Counted from the first letter of the stretch, positions 13,086 to 28,639 are shown. The stretch: 64,000 nt of DNA from Octopus vulgaris (GCA_951406725.2 OX597818.1:96410001-96474000), one strand, 5' to 3'. The notes: generated from the sequence alone by a model not told the origin. Translations and numbers: made by a program.

Positions 13086-13110
13086 CGAACAACAACAACA
13101 ACAACAATAA
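12445..13110. repeat. Compound trinucleotide microsatellites (TTG/CTA/CTG, then AAT/AAG/AAC)
   Basis: Visible directly in the sequence. Confidence 0.95.
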
Positions 13111-13124
13111 TGACAACTAATTTG

Positions 13125-15113
<1,989 letters not shown>

Positions 15114-15634
15114 AATACAACCTAAACAAGACAATAAAAAAAGACATACTATACGGCATTTACTTGGTGAAATAAACTCCCACTAGCAAGCCAGAAGGCT
15201 AAAGCATTGCACACTCAACACATAATACGAGCAGTAACACAATAAAAGACAGCACTACACCTCAACGAAAAAAAGCTAGCACAATACAGTACAGGGAAGA
15301 GTTCGCACACTCCCAACAGCAGAAAAACACACACCCAATGCTACACACACACACCAGCAACACGGAAGTGTAACAGGTGATGCAGTGGAAATTTGACTCA
15401 ATCTACTAAATATTGCAGTTATATTAATAGTTAAATGGCATAAACAGTTGAAATTGTGTTTGCTGTTCTGAAGAACAAAACGGTAAAGTGGACATTGTTA
15501 AAACAAAATGATATTTTGCACGGTCTTTCTCCATCCGACAGATAGACACACTATGCACATGCCCGTATGCACATATTCTTACACAAACGCATATGCGCAC
15601 AATCATATGTATATATTTTCATATGTGTGCATGT

Positions 15635-15681
<47 letters not shown>

Positions 15682-15917
15682 ATATATATATATATATATA
15701 TATAACAATGATAAATATCAATGTGAGTTATATACAGTAGCGGTAACACAACGTGATGTATTTTTGCCATTTCAATATGGCTAACCCCTAAGGGTGGATG
15801 CTACTGTAGATTTTAGCCCCAGGAGGACACACTCCTCCAGCTGGCCATAGACACACTTTCTGTGTCCTGTCAGTATTTGCAAAGGGAAGTCATCCTTCCC
15901 GTCTTCAACTTATGATA

Positions 15918-15962
15918 CACACGGACTCGAGTTTCGAGGTATTGACCTCTCGTCAGCGTGTG
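15918..15962 (-). ncRNA. Minimal type I hammerhead ribozyme, perfect consensus
   Basis: cacacg CTGACGA gaggt caat acctc GAAA ctcgag TC cgtgtg. Confidence 0.95.
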
Positions 15963-16403
15963 ACAATCATAGTTGTCGCCGAGAATTAGATTTCCTTCAC
16001 AAATACTTATACTTTTTCCAGCGTCCACTGTCGCTGATATTGAAAAAGTGAAATCAAACAATGATAAATATCAATGTGAGTTATATACAGTAGCGGTAAC
16101 ACAACGTGATGTATTTTTGCCATTTCAATATGGCTAACCCCTAAGGGTGGATGCTACTGTAGATTTTAGCCCTTAGCATCCACCTAGCATCCACCCTTAG
16201 CATCCACTGTAGCATCCACCCTTAGGGGTTAGCCATATTGAAATGGCAAAAATACATCACGTTGTGTTACCGCTACTGTATATAACTCACATTGATATTT
16301 ATCATTGTTTGATTTCACTTTTTCAATATCAGCGACAGTGAACGCTGGAAAAAGTATAAGTATTTGTGAAGGAAATCTAATTCTCGGCGACAACTATGAT
16401 TGT

Positions 16404-16448
16404 CACACGCTGACGAGAGGTCAATACCTCGAAACTCGAGTCCGTGTG
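16404..16448 (+). ncRNA. Minimal type I hammerhead ribozyme, perfect consensus
   Basis: cacacg CTGACGA gaggt caat acctc GAAA ctcgag TC cgtgtg. 6-bp helix I, 5-bp helix II, ACTCGAGT palindrome. Confidence 0.95.
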
Positions 16449-16615
16449 TATCATAAGTTGAAGACGGGAAGGATGACTTCCCTTTGCAAATACTGACAGG
16501 ACACAGAAAGTGTGTCTATGGCCAGCTGGAGGAGTGTCTCCTCCTGGGGCTAAAATCTACAGTAGCATCCACCCTTAGGGGTTAGCCATATTGAAATGGC
16601 AAAAATACATCACGT

Positions 16616-16646
<31 letters not shown>

Positions 16647-16718
16647 GCACACACACATATAATACTTATCTGTCTGTTTGTCTATCTGTTCCTGTTTGTC
16701 TGTCTATCTATCTATCTA

Positions 16719-16758
<40 letters not shown>

Positions 16759-17496
16759 TCTAGGAATATTCATATGAATATATGTGTGTGTGCTTACGTA
16801 TGTGTTCACGTGCGTGTGTGGTTGTGTGTGTGTGTGTGCGTGTGTGCGTGTGCATGTGTGTGTGTGCGCGCGCGCGCGCGCGTGTGTGTGCGTGTGCGCG
16901 TGTGCGTGTGTGTGTGTCTAAACGAAAACACTAAATGCAGACAAAACAAACAGTCATTATTTCTATTGTTTTCACTGAAAAGTTTACTGGATCTAAACAG
17001 AATTTTACTGAGCATACAACAAGACTTCCCTCGGGGTAGTAATAATTCCCAACAACACAAAGAAAACAAACATTTGTTGTCCGTGCATACAATGAAAACA
17101 TAGGGAATATTATGAATATTATTAATTTACGTGAGTAGGGCCGGATTAAGCTGAAACAAAAGGACAAAGATATGATTTAATTGATCCAAATTAGCTATAA
17201 TCTATATAAGAATAGAAATGACCGTTGGGAGGAGGATAACAACTGCGTTAAGAACAGCCTACATTAACCCATAAACTTTTAATATCATTGTAAAATCTGA
17301 CAAAAATAAATACTTGGAATAATATGTTCTTTTTACAAATATGTGACTCTCCGCAGTGATGCAAATATATGCTAAATGCAAGTTCAAACGCACTGTCTTT
17401 CCCTGTCTGTCTGTCTGACTGTCTCTCTCTCTCTCTCTTTCTGCCTTTCTTTCTCATTATCACTCTGTTCTTCATTCAACTTTATCTATCTATCTG

Positions 17497-17562
<66 letters not shown>

Positions 17563-17567
17563 AATCA

Positions 17568-17620
<53 letters not shown>

Positions 17621-18140
17621 CGTATCTATTTGTCTGTTTGTCTGTCTATCGATATGTATGACAAGACATAAATAATGGTCATTACATATTTCTTCACTTT
17701 AGGCTCATTATTTATGCGTTTACTCATTTGATCCATGGATCAGTTGAAACAAATTGAACGACCTAGAGAGTTAATAATGATTTCTTCAATGTGTGTGTAT
17801 GTGTGTTTGAACTGCATTTTATTTGTACATGACGTATTAACGACACAACTCTATACAAACCTAATCTTTTTTATTACGTTTCATCATAGTCGTATTTGCT
17901 TATCTGATCCTCGTAATTTATATGGAATAATAGTTTCCAAATCCACTTCATGAAGATTTTTAGATTGCCTCAGCCTCATCTTCAGGAAATGGAATAGTGT
18001 TTCCTTCTGTACAGTCTCTTATCATGATGGCCAGATTTTGTTTCTGATAGTCAGAAATTTGTTTGCGTAGATGTTTTTACTGATAGAAACTGACCGACAG
18101 AACGTTAAGTTCCACGTCTTCGTTGATGTGTTCATTGTGA

Positions 18141-18364
18141 TAGAGGAATAAATTTCAGAGCGAGCAAGTTAGGTCAGTCGATATACAAAAAATGGACTCT
18201 CTAAAACGCTTACTCAACCGTTTTAATTCCTGATATTATTTCTATTCTGTGTAAGTCGGACATTTTTATACGTATACGTATGTACATTTTTGTATTAAAC
18301 GTATTTAATATTTTTTTTGTATATCGACTGATCTAACTTGCTTGTCCTTATATTTGCTCCTCTA
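18141..18364. repeat. Inverted repeat with about 50-bp arms
   Basis: gcaagttaggtcagtcgatatacaaaaaa versus ttttttgtatatcgactgatctaacttgc. Confidence 0.75.
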
Positions 18365-18515
18365 TCTCTTGAACACTACGAAATGTATTCTAAACAGAGA
18401 ATACTTGTCTCTAGTCTATAAATTATATGTCTTGTTTCTGATATACATATTTATATATACATACATAGATATACACGCAGACACAGACAAGTAGAAAGAG
18501 ACACACACACACACA

Positions 18516-18872
18516 ACTACTTGTTTCAGTCCTTAGACTGTTGCCAAGCAGGGGCACTGCCTTGAAGAATTTTAGTTGAACGAATCAACACCAGCCTGGT
18601 ACTTATTCTGTCTTATTCCATCGGTTTCTTACAGTGAACCGCTAAGTCATGGTGCATAAACACACCAACACTGGTTGTCAAGCGATGGTGGTGGACAAAC
18701 AGACTTAAAGACACGCGCACAAAACGCGCGCACGCACACACGAACACACATATCTATGCCGCCCTTCTTTCAGTTTTCACATACCAAATCCACTCTTAAG
18801 GATTTGCCTAAATTGTAACTGAACCAGGAACTATGTGGTTGGGAAGCTTCTTACCACACAGCTACACACACG

Positions 18873-18875
<3 letters not shown>
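18516..18875 (-). mobile_element. SINE family A
   Basis: tacttgtttcagtccttagactg ... ccaaatccactc ... cttaccacacagc..cgcc. Confidence 0.85.
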
Positions 18876-18923
<48 letters not shown>

Positions 18924-19212
18924 GTTTGGATTAACTACATATATATATACATATATATGTATGTTTACGCGTTTTAGAAGCTGTTTTAAGAATGATATGT
19001 ATTGCTGATTACGCAAGTTCTTTGAACAATAGCAATCATTAGATATTGAAACATATCTGATCACACAATCTCATCTTTTGAATTTTTAAGTTGAGAAATA
19101 ATAGAATATAATCTCAATAGGAAAACATTGTCAATCTGAACATAAAGATAGCTAAAAGTGGTTTAGTCATAAAACAATGAAAGACTCTTTATGTAAGCCA
19201 TGCATATATGCA

Positions 19213-19292
<80 letters not shown>

Positions 19293-19338
19293 AATCTATT
19301 CATCCATCTATCTATTCTATCTATTCTATCTATCTGAA

Positions 19339-19710
19339 AGGCGGCGAGCTGGCAGAAACGTTAGCACGCCGGGCGAAATGCTTAGTGGTATTTCGTCTGC
19401 CGTTACGTTCTGAGTTCAAATTCTGCCGAGGTCGAATTTGCCTTTCATCCTTTTGGGGTCGATAAATTAAGTACCAGTTACGCACTGGGGTCGATGTAAT
19501 CGGCTTAATCCGTTTGTCTGTCCTTGTTTGTCCCCTCTGTGTTTGACCCTTTGTGGGTAGGAAAGAAATAGGTATTTCGTCTGTCGTTACGTTCTCAGTT
19601 CAAATTCCGCCGAGGTCGACTTTGCCTTTAATCCTTTCGGGGTCGATAAATAAAGTACCAGTCCTTGTTTGTCCCCTCTATATTTAGCCACTTGTGGGCA
19701 GTTAAGAAAT
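19339..19710 (+). mobile_element. SINE family B (tRNA-like head; gcctttcatcctttcggggtcgataaa domain, Meta-SINE-like), internally duplicated
   Basis: ggcggcgagctggcagaaacgttag...gagttcaaattc. The central block is repeated at about 19570-19710. Confidence 0.85.
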
Positions 19711-19934
19711 ATATTCTATCTATGTGTATGTATATCTGTATATATATATATATATATTTATATATTGCTTTTTATACGTACACACGCTGATATATGACCT
19801 ACGTTGAACTCCATATTCGCATAATCACCGAACCTGGAGCTTAACTATGGTCTATCCATAGCACTTACTCAGCATTAACTGACACCTTTGGATTTTACTG
19901 ACACCGTTACCTCTCATAACCTCCTATATATATA

Positions 19935-20322
19935 GTGGAGGCGCAATGGCCCAGTGGTTAGGGCAGCGGACTCGCTGGTCATAGGATCGCGGTTTCGATT
20001 CCCAGACCGGGCGTTGTGAGTGTTTATTGAGCGAAAACACCTAAAAGCTCCACGAGGCTCCGGCAGGGGATGGTGGTGATCTCTGCTGTACTCTTTCACC
20101 ACAACTTTCTCTCTTACTTCCTGTTTCTGTTGTACCTGTATTTCAAGGGGCCGGCCTTGTCACTCTCTGTGTCACGCTGAATATCCCCGAGAACTACGTT
20201 AAGGGTGCACGTGTCTGTGGAGTGCTCAGCCACTTACACGTTAATTTCACGAGCAGGCTGTTCCGTTGATTCGGATCAACCGGAACCCTCATCGTCGTAA
20301 CCGACGGAGTGCTTCCATCAAT

Positions 20323-20325
<3 letters not shown>
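19935..20325 (+). mobile_element. SINE family D (tRNA-headed), full length, in (TA)n
   Basis: A box tggcccagtggttagg, B box ggtttcgattcc. Head shared with 36771. Confidence 0.85.
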
Positions 20326-20387
<62 letters not shown>

Positions 20388-20397
20388 TGTATATATA

Positions 20398-20719
20398 TCT
20401 ATTATGTAAAATCCGTTCTGTCTGTGTGTGTGTGTCTTCTAGGATCTCGGGCATCCTCCATCCGATTGCGCTCAAATTTGATATGTAGATACCGACGGTA
20501 TCAGCGCGTGTATAAATCTTGAAAAACTTACAAAAATCGATTCCAGGTGAGAATGCGATCGATAAAACCGTGGGGACGTGCATTTGTACGCGCAGGTATA
20601 TCAGCTGTTGCGATCGATACAACCATTTTCGTTGTTTTTGTACTGCTTAATGGCACGTTTCTTTGGTTTAAAAGTTTGCCAACTCAGCTCCGTCCATTGG
20701 ACGGAGGGCGTTTTGCTCG
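20398..20719 (+). mobile_element. Non-autonomous Helitron-like element
   Basis: 5' TC start (tctattatgtaaaat...ctgtctgtgtg), subterminal hairpin ctccgtcca-t-tggacggag at 20688-20706, 3' CTCG (a CTAG variant), inserted between A and T. Confidence 0.65.
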
Positions 20720-20881
20720 TATATGTTTGTGTGTGTGTGTGTGTGTGTGCGTGCGCGTGCGTATGTGTGTGTGTGCGTGCGGGTGTGTGCGCGCGCACAA
20801 GTATGTAAGCAAATATGTGCGCATATGTAAGTATGATCTATATATAAATACACACACACACACCCACCCCCACACACACAC

Positions 20882-20955
<74 letters not shown>

Positions 20956-21071
20956 TTATATATATATATATATATATAAAAGTAGCAACAAAAGACTGAG
21001 ACCTCGATATTAGATAAACATAGGATTATTTATGCATGTTATAAATTAGAACAAACAGTAAAAGGTTGTCA

Positions 21072-21133
21072 TAAGAGTTCTCGGAGTTTCGAATGTCGCA
21101 GCGATGAGCTACGATACGTTCTCGTCAGCTATT
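21072..21133 (-). ncRNA. Hammerhead relic (cleavage-site U lost)
   Basis: aatag CTGACGA gaacgt atcgtagc tcatc gctgcga cattc GAAA ctc c gag AA ctctt. Confidence 0.6.
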
Positions 21134-21569
21134 AATAGCAACAGACGCTATGAATAACCGTTGAATAAAAGGGAAGTTACTCTAATATATACACATACAA
21201 ACAGATTTATAATAAACGTATAATATATGCTTTGAATGTTCCTATGGTAGGATATCGATTATTGACCTACACATGGTTTAGCACGATGATTTGAGAACGT
21301 AAATGTAACATAGTGTACAGTCTTATAGCTATTGCTCGTCGTACATAACTGTATGTACGATGTTCCGTTAGAATAAAATCTCTTAATGAAATAATGTAGC
21401 GACACCATATAAGCTATTCGTCTGTTTTTATTACTTACGTGTGTATATATGTGTGTGTACGTATGCATGTATCTATTTATCTATACATACATATGTATAT
21501 ATATATGCACACACACACATACACACACACATATATAAAAATGCATATGCAGATGTATGCATATATGGA

Positions 21570-21630
<61 letters not shown>

Positions 21631-21770
21631 ATGTGTATGTATATCCATTGATATATATCACGTGACCGATTAGGCAATCAGACTTTGTTATACATTGCTG
21701 GTCAGATATATATGCAAAGATCCCTATAATCCATTAAAGAAGGTCTCAATAATAATAATAATGATGATAT

Positions 21771-21829
<59 letters not shown>

Positions 21830-21882
21830 GTGATGACAACAACGACGACGACGATGACGATAATGATGATCATATGTGTTTT

Positions 21883-22060
21883 AAGGCGAACCATTTGTGG
21901 GGTGGGGAAAATCAATTGAGTCGAAATGAGTACTTGACTCGGTCATTGTTTTTATCGACCTCGGAACGAAAATTCACAAAGTTGATTTCGGCGGGGTTTA
22001 ACTCAACGCAGAGTAACAAGGACTTTTGTCTGACGCCTTAACGATTTTTCCAGGCCACTT
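21883..22060 (-). mobile_element. SINE family B, degenerate
   Basis: ttttatcgacctcggaacg...aaagttgatttcggcggggtttaactca. Confidence 0.6.
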
Positions 22061-22194
22061 CTCCACTTTAAAGGTTTTTGCTTACAGCACCTAAGTTCAC
22101 AATCGACCATATATCAAGACATTAACTAGAAAGAACGTTGTTTAACTTCGCTGATCAGACTAGAATCGGTCTAGTCAACGTGATATAACAACAA

Positions 22195-24270
22195 CAATAT
22201 AGGTGAAATTTACCGATTTTTACCTGCTTATTTGAAAAATTACAAAGAAATTATCCTATCACGTACAATTTCTTCACAAAGTTGATCATTGCATTTTACC
22301 ATTATGCCCGAATTTGACTACTGTCTCTTATTATTACTATTAATTGCCACAATTAAATAGACTACAACAGTATAACTAATAGGTGTAATTTTGAAAAATA
22401 AGCATCTGTCAACGTTTAGAGCGCTTCAGCTTGTCAGAACAGTTCCTGCATCAATGGAGCTTCAGTCACCCGCAAATAGTGAGGAGAGAATGACGCGCTT
22501 TACAAGGTCATGCTGCTTAGGTTAAAACGCATCTTTTATTCCAGTTTTTTCCCCATGCCTTTTTCAATGCATATATGCTACATACTTTGTTTTATTGTAT
22601 CATATGTTACAATTACAATGCACCTTTAATGATGTTATGTATGCATTTAGATGGTACATCAAATGCACGTTGTTAAAAAAATGTTCCATTTCCCTTTCTT
22701 TTACAGTCTTCCGTATCATTTGAAGCATGGATCTCTTCTCGAGGTTATAAAACAAGCCCGAATATCTTTTGCTACATTTGTGGTGAATTTATGACTAAGA
22801 AACGCCAGAGAAACATTACCGAATATCTTACTATCTCTACTTTGGTGTGAAGTTAGTAGACAACGATAAGAATTGAACACCTCATAAGGCCCGCTCAATT
22901 TGTTTTGGAGAACTAAGACAATGGACAAAATGTACAAAGAGGTCTTTTCGTTATGGGAGTTCAGTGATATAGAATGAGTCTAAAAATCAGTGATGACTGA
23001 TACTTTTGCTCATATAAGATGTAGGGACACAATTCAAAAACAGGAAAAACATTATTTATCCAAATCTCTCGTCTGAATTGTGAGCTGTTGTCCATGAACC
23101 AAATGTTCCGGGCCCACCACTGCAAAGAAATCTTGAAAATATAAATTTGAATTTTGAGTCACAAGTTATAGATAGTAATGGCGATGAAGAGCAGGTGATC
23201 ATGAAGGGAACATGAAAATTTGGTGTCACTCTTTCACATGATAAAATTCAAAGATCACAACTGGATTGTTTGCTGTAGCTAGAAAATAATTTTGCATGTT
23301 GTTTGGACAACAGTCAAGCTACAGAGAGTTTCCTTGTTTCATGGATGAATGGAATAGTAGAACCAGGAACCTCAATTGGCTTTAAAAAGAACGGTCAAGT
23401 TGGTATACTTTTATACCAGGGAAATGTTGGTTGATCCGAAAAGGGTTCTTTTGCCTCCTATTCATAAAAAAAAAACTTGGCCTCCTTAAACAATTTACAA
23501 TAGTTTTGCCACAGGATGGAGCGGGCTACATGTATTTGTGTAGCAAGTTTCCTACTCTACCGGATACCAAGGTTGAAAATGCTGTATTTGTAAGACTTGA
23601 TAATAGGAAACTCGTCATGGATGGAAATTTTGAAAAACAGGCATGTATTAGTTTTAAAGATGCGGTGAACTTCTTGGGTAACCAGGCGGATCCAAATTAC
23701 AATGACATAATGGGAAGAATACTGGAAAATTTCGAGTCCTTAGGATGTAAAGTTAGTATTAAGGAAAGTTAATTTCCTACAAGGCTATTTGGATTTCTTT
23801 TTGGAATATCCGGGAGATATCAGTGAGGAGCAGGAGGAAGGTGTCATCAAGACATAAAGGATATGGAAAGATGTCAGGGAAGTGACCGACCACTACTGGA
23901 TGTTGCATCGTAAATGTCTATCAAATGCTCACAAACGAAACGTTTCCAGGCGTCGTTTCCAAATGAAAAAGAAGAGATTTTGAGGTGCTGAGCATAAAAC
24001 ATTAATGGAACCCCTATAAAAATCTATTTTCGCATCTTTCAGTTGCATTTGTGCCATTTTATTTTGCTAAAGACAGTACCAAATTCATTTTTATTACTTT
24101 CATTTTGTCCTACCATATGTAGATTTATTTAGAAATTATGGTATAATTCGTCATTAAGTTGTGACAAAACCTTGTGTAAAGAACCTTTTTGATATTTCGA
24201 ATTAGCACCACAAATATATATATATATAAAGTAGCATAGAATTATCAAACAATTTTCGCGGACCTATGTT
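22195..24270 (+). mobile_element. Decayed DNA transposon, Sola1-like transposase pseudogene
   Basis: Frameshifted motifs PNIFCYICGEF, YFGVKL, KLGLLKQF, YLCSKFPTL, FLGNQ, FESLGCKVSIK, SEEQ, HQDIKDME, DHYW at 22750-23910. Superfamily name is from recall and the ends are approximate. Confidence 0.7.
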
Positions 24271-24271
24271 A

Positions 24272-24470
24272 TAGGCATAAAGACGGAAATTTTGGGGAAG
24301 GGAAGACTAGTCGATTACATCGACCCTAGTGCGCAATTGGTACTTACTTTATCAACCCCGAAAGTATGAAAGGCAAAGGCGACCTTGGCGGAATTTGAAC
24401 TCAGAAGGCAGAGACAAACGAAATATCACTAAGTATTTTGCCTGGCGCGCAAACGATTTTGCCAGCTAGC
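24272..24470 (-). mobile_element. SINE family B
   Basis: gtcgattacatcgaccc...gaaaggcaaaggcgaccttggcggaatttgaactcagaa...gccagct. Confidence 0.85.
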
Positions 24471-24486
24471 CAATAATAATAATAAT

Positions 24487-24570
<84 letters not shown>

Positions 24571-25324
24571 GATGAGGTGGATGAGGGGGGATGATAAAAC
24601 AATTACAAGAATATACAGGTGGTGATATAATCTAACACATCTCTTCAGGGAGAGTACACAGCAAGTGCAGATATCAAACACACCCACATGTTCAGAGAGA
24701 GCAGATGTGTGCGTCCATATGTATGAGAGAGTAAGGAGAGAGAAAAGAGAAGAAAACAAGAAGAAAGCGCTAGAAGCTATTAGAAAGTGAGTGTGTGTGT
24801 GAGAGAAAGAGTTTGAGAAGGAGTCGGTGAGTGAGAGAGAGAGTGAGACAGATAGACAGAAATAGGAAGAGAACCAAAATGATAATCAAGACGCATAATG
24901 TATGCGTTTGTATGAATATAGAAACATCAAAGCACCAATGCAAACTTTTAGTCATATATTGATGTAGAATGTCTATGCATGGAAATTTATCTACGTGTGT
25001 GTGAAAGACACACACACACACACACATACACACGCGCATGTGTCTATGTATGTATATATATATAAAGTGGCTGTGTGGTTGAAACAATTAAACGATAAAA
25101 GATATGTATAATATATTCATATATAACTACAGACTCTTCTGTATACACATACATGTATGTGCATATGTATGGATATATACATGTGTATGCGTGATTGTAT
25201 AACACACGTATATAAATTTATACGTTGTGCACGCATGTGTATATATGTGTGTGTATGTGTGTGTGTGTGTGTGTTTGTGTGTGTGCGTGTGTGTGTGTGT
25301 GTGTCTATGTAAATCCACCACAAC

Positions 25325-25655
25325 GTCCAGTTCTTATTGCAGTATGGCGGTTTGTGTGCCTCACTGACACTGAGATCTATGCCAGCGGAGCCCACGTTTC
25401 TAGTAGGGCTTCCCATGCTGCACGAGACAAAGGACAGAGAGCAAACTAATATGGACTTTCACTTCACAGATCCAAAAATGGGTCTGCGTAGGACTATTAA
25501 CCTCACCTAGGAAAAAAAAAACGGACACACTATAAAAGCATCGATGTCAATTCAAAACTAAGACCTGGAGGACGAAACGATAGCATTGAGTCGAGAACAA
25601 CGAAAGTCGTCGATGGTTTATGAGCCGCAGAGAGCGAAGCTCTAAGTAAAGTAAA
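25325..25655 (+). mobile_element. Short RTE-derived non-autonomous element (5' leader joined to tail)
   Basis: ggcggtttgtgtgcctcactgacactgagatctatgccagcgg resembles RTE (BovB/Expander-type) 5' leaders. Ends in taagtaaagtaaa. Confidence 0.5.
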
Positions 25656-25952
25656 AATATAAATATGTATCCTATAGGCACCCATGCACTAGAATTTATT
25701 TTCCTACATCTCAGCGAGATATTTAATCTCTTAAAGTATACAGCCAGTCAAAAAGTAATCTCTGCTCTGAACATATGACTATATAAATTTAACAAACAAC
25801 AATGTATATATTAGATATGAAATAAAACACTAAAAATTGCTCCGCGATAAATCTACACACGGGGACTATTCACTTCGCCAGCTGCTGTTGAACTAAAAAT
25901 AACATGCTTAGCGGTTGACATTACAGGCCAATGGTATATGAATTAAGCAAGC

Positions 25953-27134
25953 ACGAGGATCGGTTGAAAAGTTCATAGGTTAACCAAGCTGCTCTCATAG
26001 AATGTGACCAAATGATGTTTATATTTCAATACAGACACCTTGCAGTTCACACACTTCTTCGATCAGTGATAGAATGCTTCGATCCCATTGGTAAAAAGCT
26101 TTCATCGTGTTGGTCAAAAAAGTCAACAGTATATATGGCGTCATCATCACTGCGACACTGGTTCCCAGTCGAGTGCTTTTTCATGTTGGGGAACAAATAG
26201 TTAGATAGGGCCAAATCAGCAGGGGAATAGGAAGCTGATTAATCAGTTCAAAGTTGCAACCACGCACAGCAGCCATGGAAACCAAGGATTTGTTTGCTGG
26301 ACCATTGTCCTGATGAAACAAGACCCCCTTTCGGCAGTTTTCCTGGGCGTTCGGTCTTGATAGCCTTTTGTAACTGCCTCAGCAAGTTGGCATATTACTC
26401 TACATTAAAGGGGTGGCCCTTTTGAAGATATTCAATAAACACAATGTCTTTTGTATCCCAAAGAACTGATGCCATCATCTTCCCTCCAGATGAAACGACC
26501 TTAGACTTGTTTGGAGCAGGTGAGGAGTAGTATTTCCTTTTCATGGATTGTCTCTGTCTCTAACTCAAAGTGATGAACCAAACACTCATCCTTGCTAAGA
26601 AAACATTCAAGGAATCCAGCTGGATCTGCCTGAAGCAATATCAGATTTTCCCGTAATGATCAACCTGGGGCGTCTTTAATCAGGTGTCAGAACAGAAAGC
26701 TTTGTGCCGCCAAGTTCATTGTGCAAAATATGCTCAACTTTCTCACATAGGATATGCTAATAGCATTAGTTATTTGATTTATAGTCAATCGCCCATCATT
26801 CATCAGCATATGATGAACATGATCAATGTGTTCCTCGGTGGTGGCGGTTGCAGGACCTCCAAACGTTGGATCTTCAAGTCTTTCTGCTCCCAAGTAAGTT
26901 CTGCTGCCCTCTTTTACTCTTTTACTCTTTTAGTTGTTTCGGCCATTTGACTGTGCCCATGCTGGAGCACCACCTTTAGTCAAGCAAATCGACTCCAGGA
27001 CTTATTCTTTGTAAGCCTAGTACTTATTTTATCGGTCTCTTTTGCCGAACCGCTAAGTTACGGGGACGTAAACACACCACCATCGGTTGTCAAGCGATGT
27101 TGGGGGGACAAACACAGACACACAAACGTATGCA

Positions 27135-27210
<76 letters not shown>

Positions 27211-27682
27211 TATATATACGACGGGCTTCTTTCAGTTTCTGTCTACCAAATCCACTCACAAGCCTTTGGTCGGCTCGAGGCTACAGTAGAAGACATTTGC
27301 CCAAAGTGCCACGCAGTGGGACTGAACCCGGAACCATGTGGTTTGTAAGCTAGCTACTTACTACACAGCCACTCCTACGCCTGTTGATAAAGATGGAGTG
27401 TCATCCACTAAAAGAGCAAGCAAGTTTGCATGAATTTTCTTGGTTGGGTAAAACCTTTTTCTAAAGGTACTTGATAACACCGCGATCCAAAATTTTGTCG
27501 ATTTTCAAGAGAAGTCGCTTCAAGTTACTTCGAAGTCTTATCTGAAGCGTCAGATGTTAGTTTTCCTGGAAAGAAACAATGCAGTTATTAATCGGAGAAG
27601 GTGATATTAATGCACGCAAGAATTCACCGCTCTAACGTCACTCTTTCATAGTCAGTCTATGAACTTCTCAGCCCACCCTCGT
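25953..27682 (-). mobile_element. mariner transposon, full-length but decayed, with a nested SINE A
   Basis: TIRs acgaggatcggttgaaaagttcatag / ctatgaacttctcagcccaccctcgt. EDPTFGGPATATTEEHIDHVHHMLMNDGRLTI and FHQDNG remnants. Confidence 0.88.
26908..27382 (-). mobile_element. SINE family A, full length
   Basis: Complete reverse complement of the family sequence with internal (CA)(TA). Confidence 0.9.
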
Positions 27683-28056
27683 AGTACGGCCAAGCGCACG
27701 AAGCAGTCATTGTATTCAAATACACATGCGCGCGCGGAAAACCACATAATATCTGCCATGCAAATATAGAAAATGAATTATAAATGCGCTACTAAAGTTG
27801 GGGCGTTTAGATATTTAGTGGCATATATACATGCATGTGTGTGCGTATGCGTGTCTGTATGTGTGTATGCATATGTGTGCGTGTGTAAATATAAATGCTC
27901 ACATACATACACATGCGCATATATATATGTTTATACATAAGTATATATGCAGACATTATTCTGCATAAAACTATGTTATAAAATTATCTATCCTCTAATA
28001 TTGTACACAATGTTCACGTGTATATATTATAGCATATATGGACACCTATGCATTCA

Positions 28057-28088
<32 letters not shown>

Positions 28089-28291
28089 TACATGCATAGA
28101 CACACACGCATACACACACACACATGTGAAGATAACTAGAAAGTATCTTTATATCTCGTATTTCTTGATGCAGATAAAGACAGGCAGATATAATACTTCC
28201 CTACTTATCGCAGCCTTACGAATACGTAAATATCTATGAATATCAATGATAATGTAAATATATACAAGGGAGTTAATAGAAATATTCTGAG

Positions 28292-28357
<66 letters not shown>

Positions 28358-28597
28358 TCTCTCTCTTTCCCTCTCTCTCCCCCTCTCTCTCTCTTATATG
28401 TAGTATACTGTCTAATGTGAAAGTAATTTAGGAGTTTAGGATCACATTGAAAGGGACCGTTTTCAGTTCAAAATAAATTTTGGCATTTCCCTCTTGGGTG
28501 TGTACGTTTGTCTATCGGACTGTATCTGTGCATTCATATATATATATATATGCATACACACACGCGCGCACACACAGACACACACTCTCACGTATAT

Positions 28598-28639
<42 letters not shown>

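Larger units (their letters stand above)
15704..16615. mobile_element. Retrozyme-like / solo pseudo-LTR element: 353-bp unit in partial tandem plus an inverted partial tandem
   Basis: aacaatgataaatatc recurs 353 bp apart (15704, 16057). 16209-16615 is the near-identical reverse complement. Flanked by (TA)n. Confidence 0.92.

Noticed and set aside
15870-16496. Twin 63-aa ORFs (MFDFTFSIS...) on opposite strands
   Set aside because: By-product of the inverted duplication. TTG start, no recognisable motif, and it overlaps the ribozyme.
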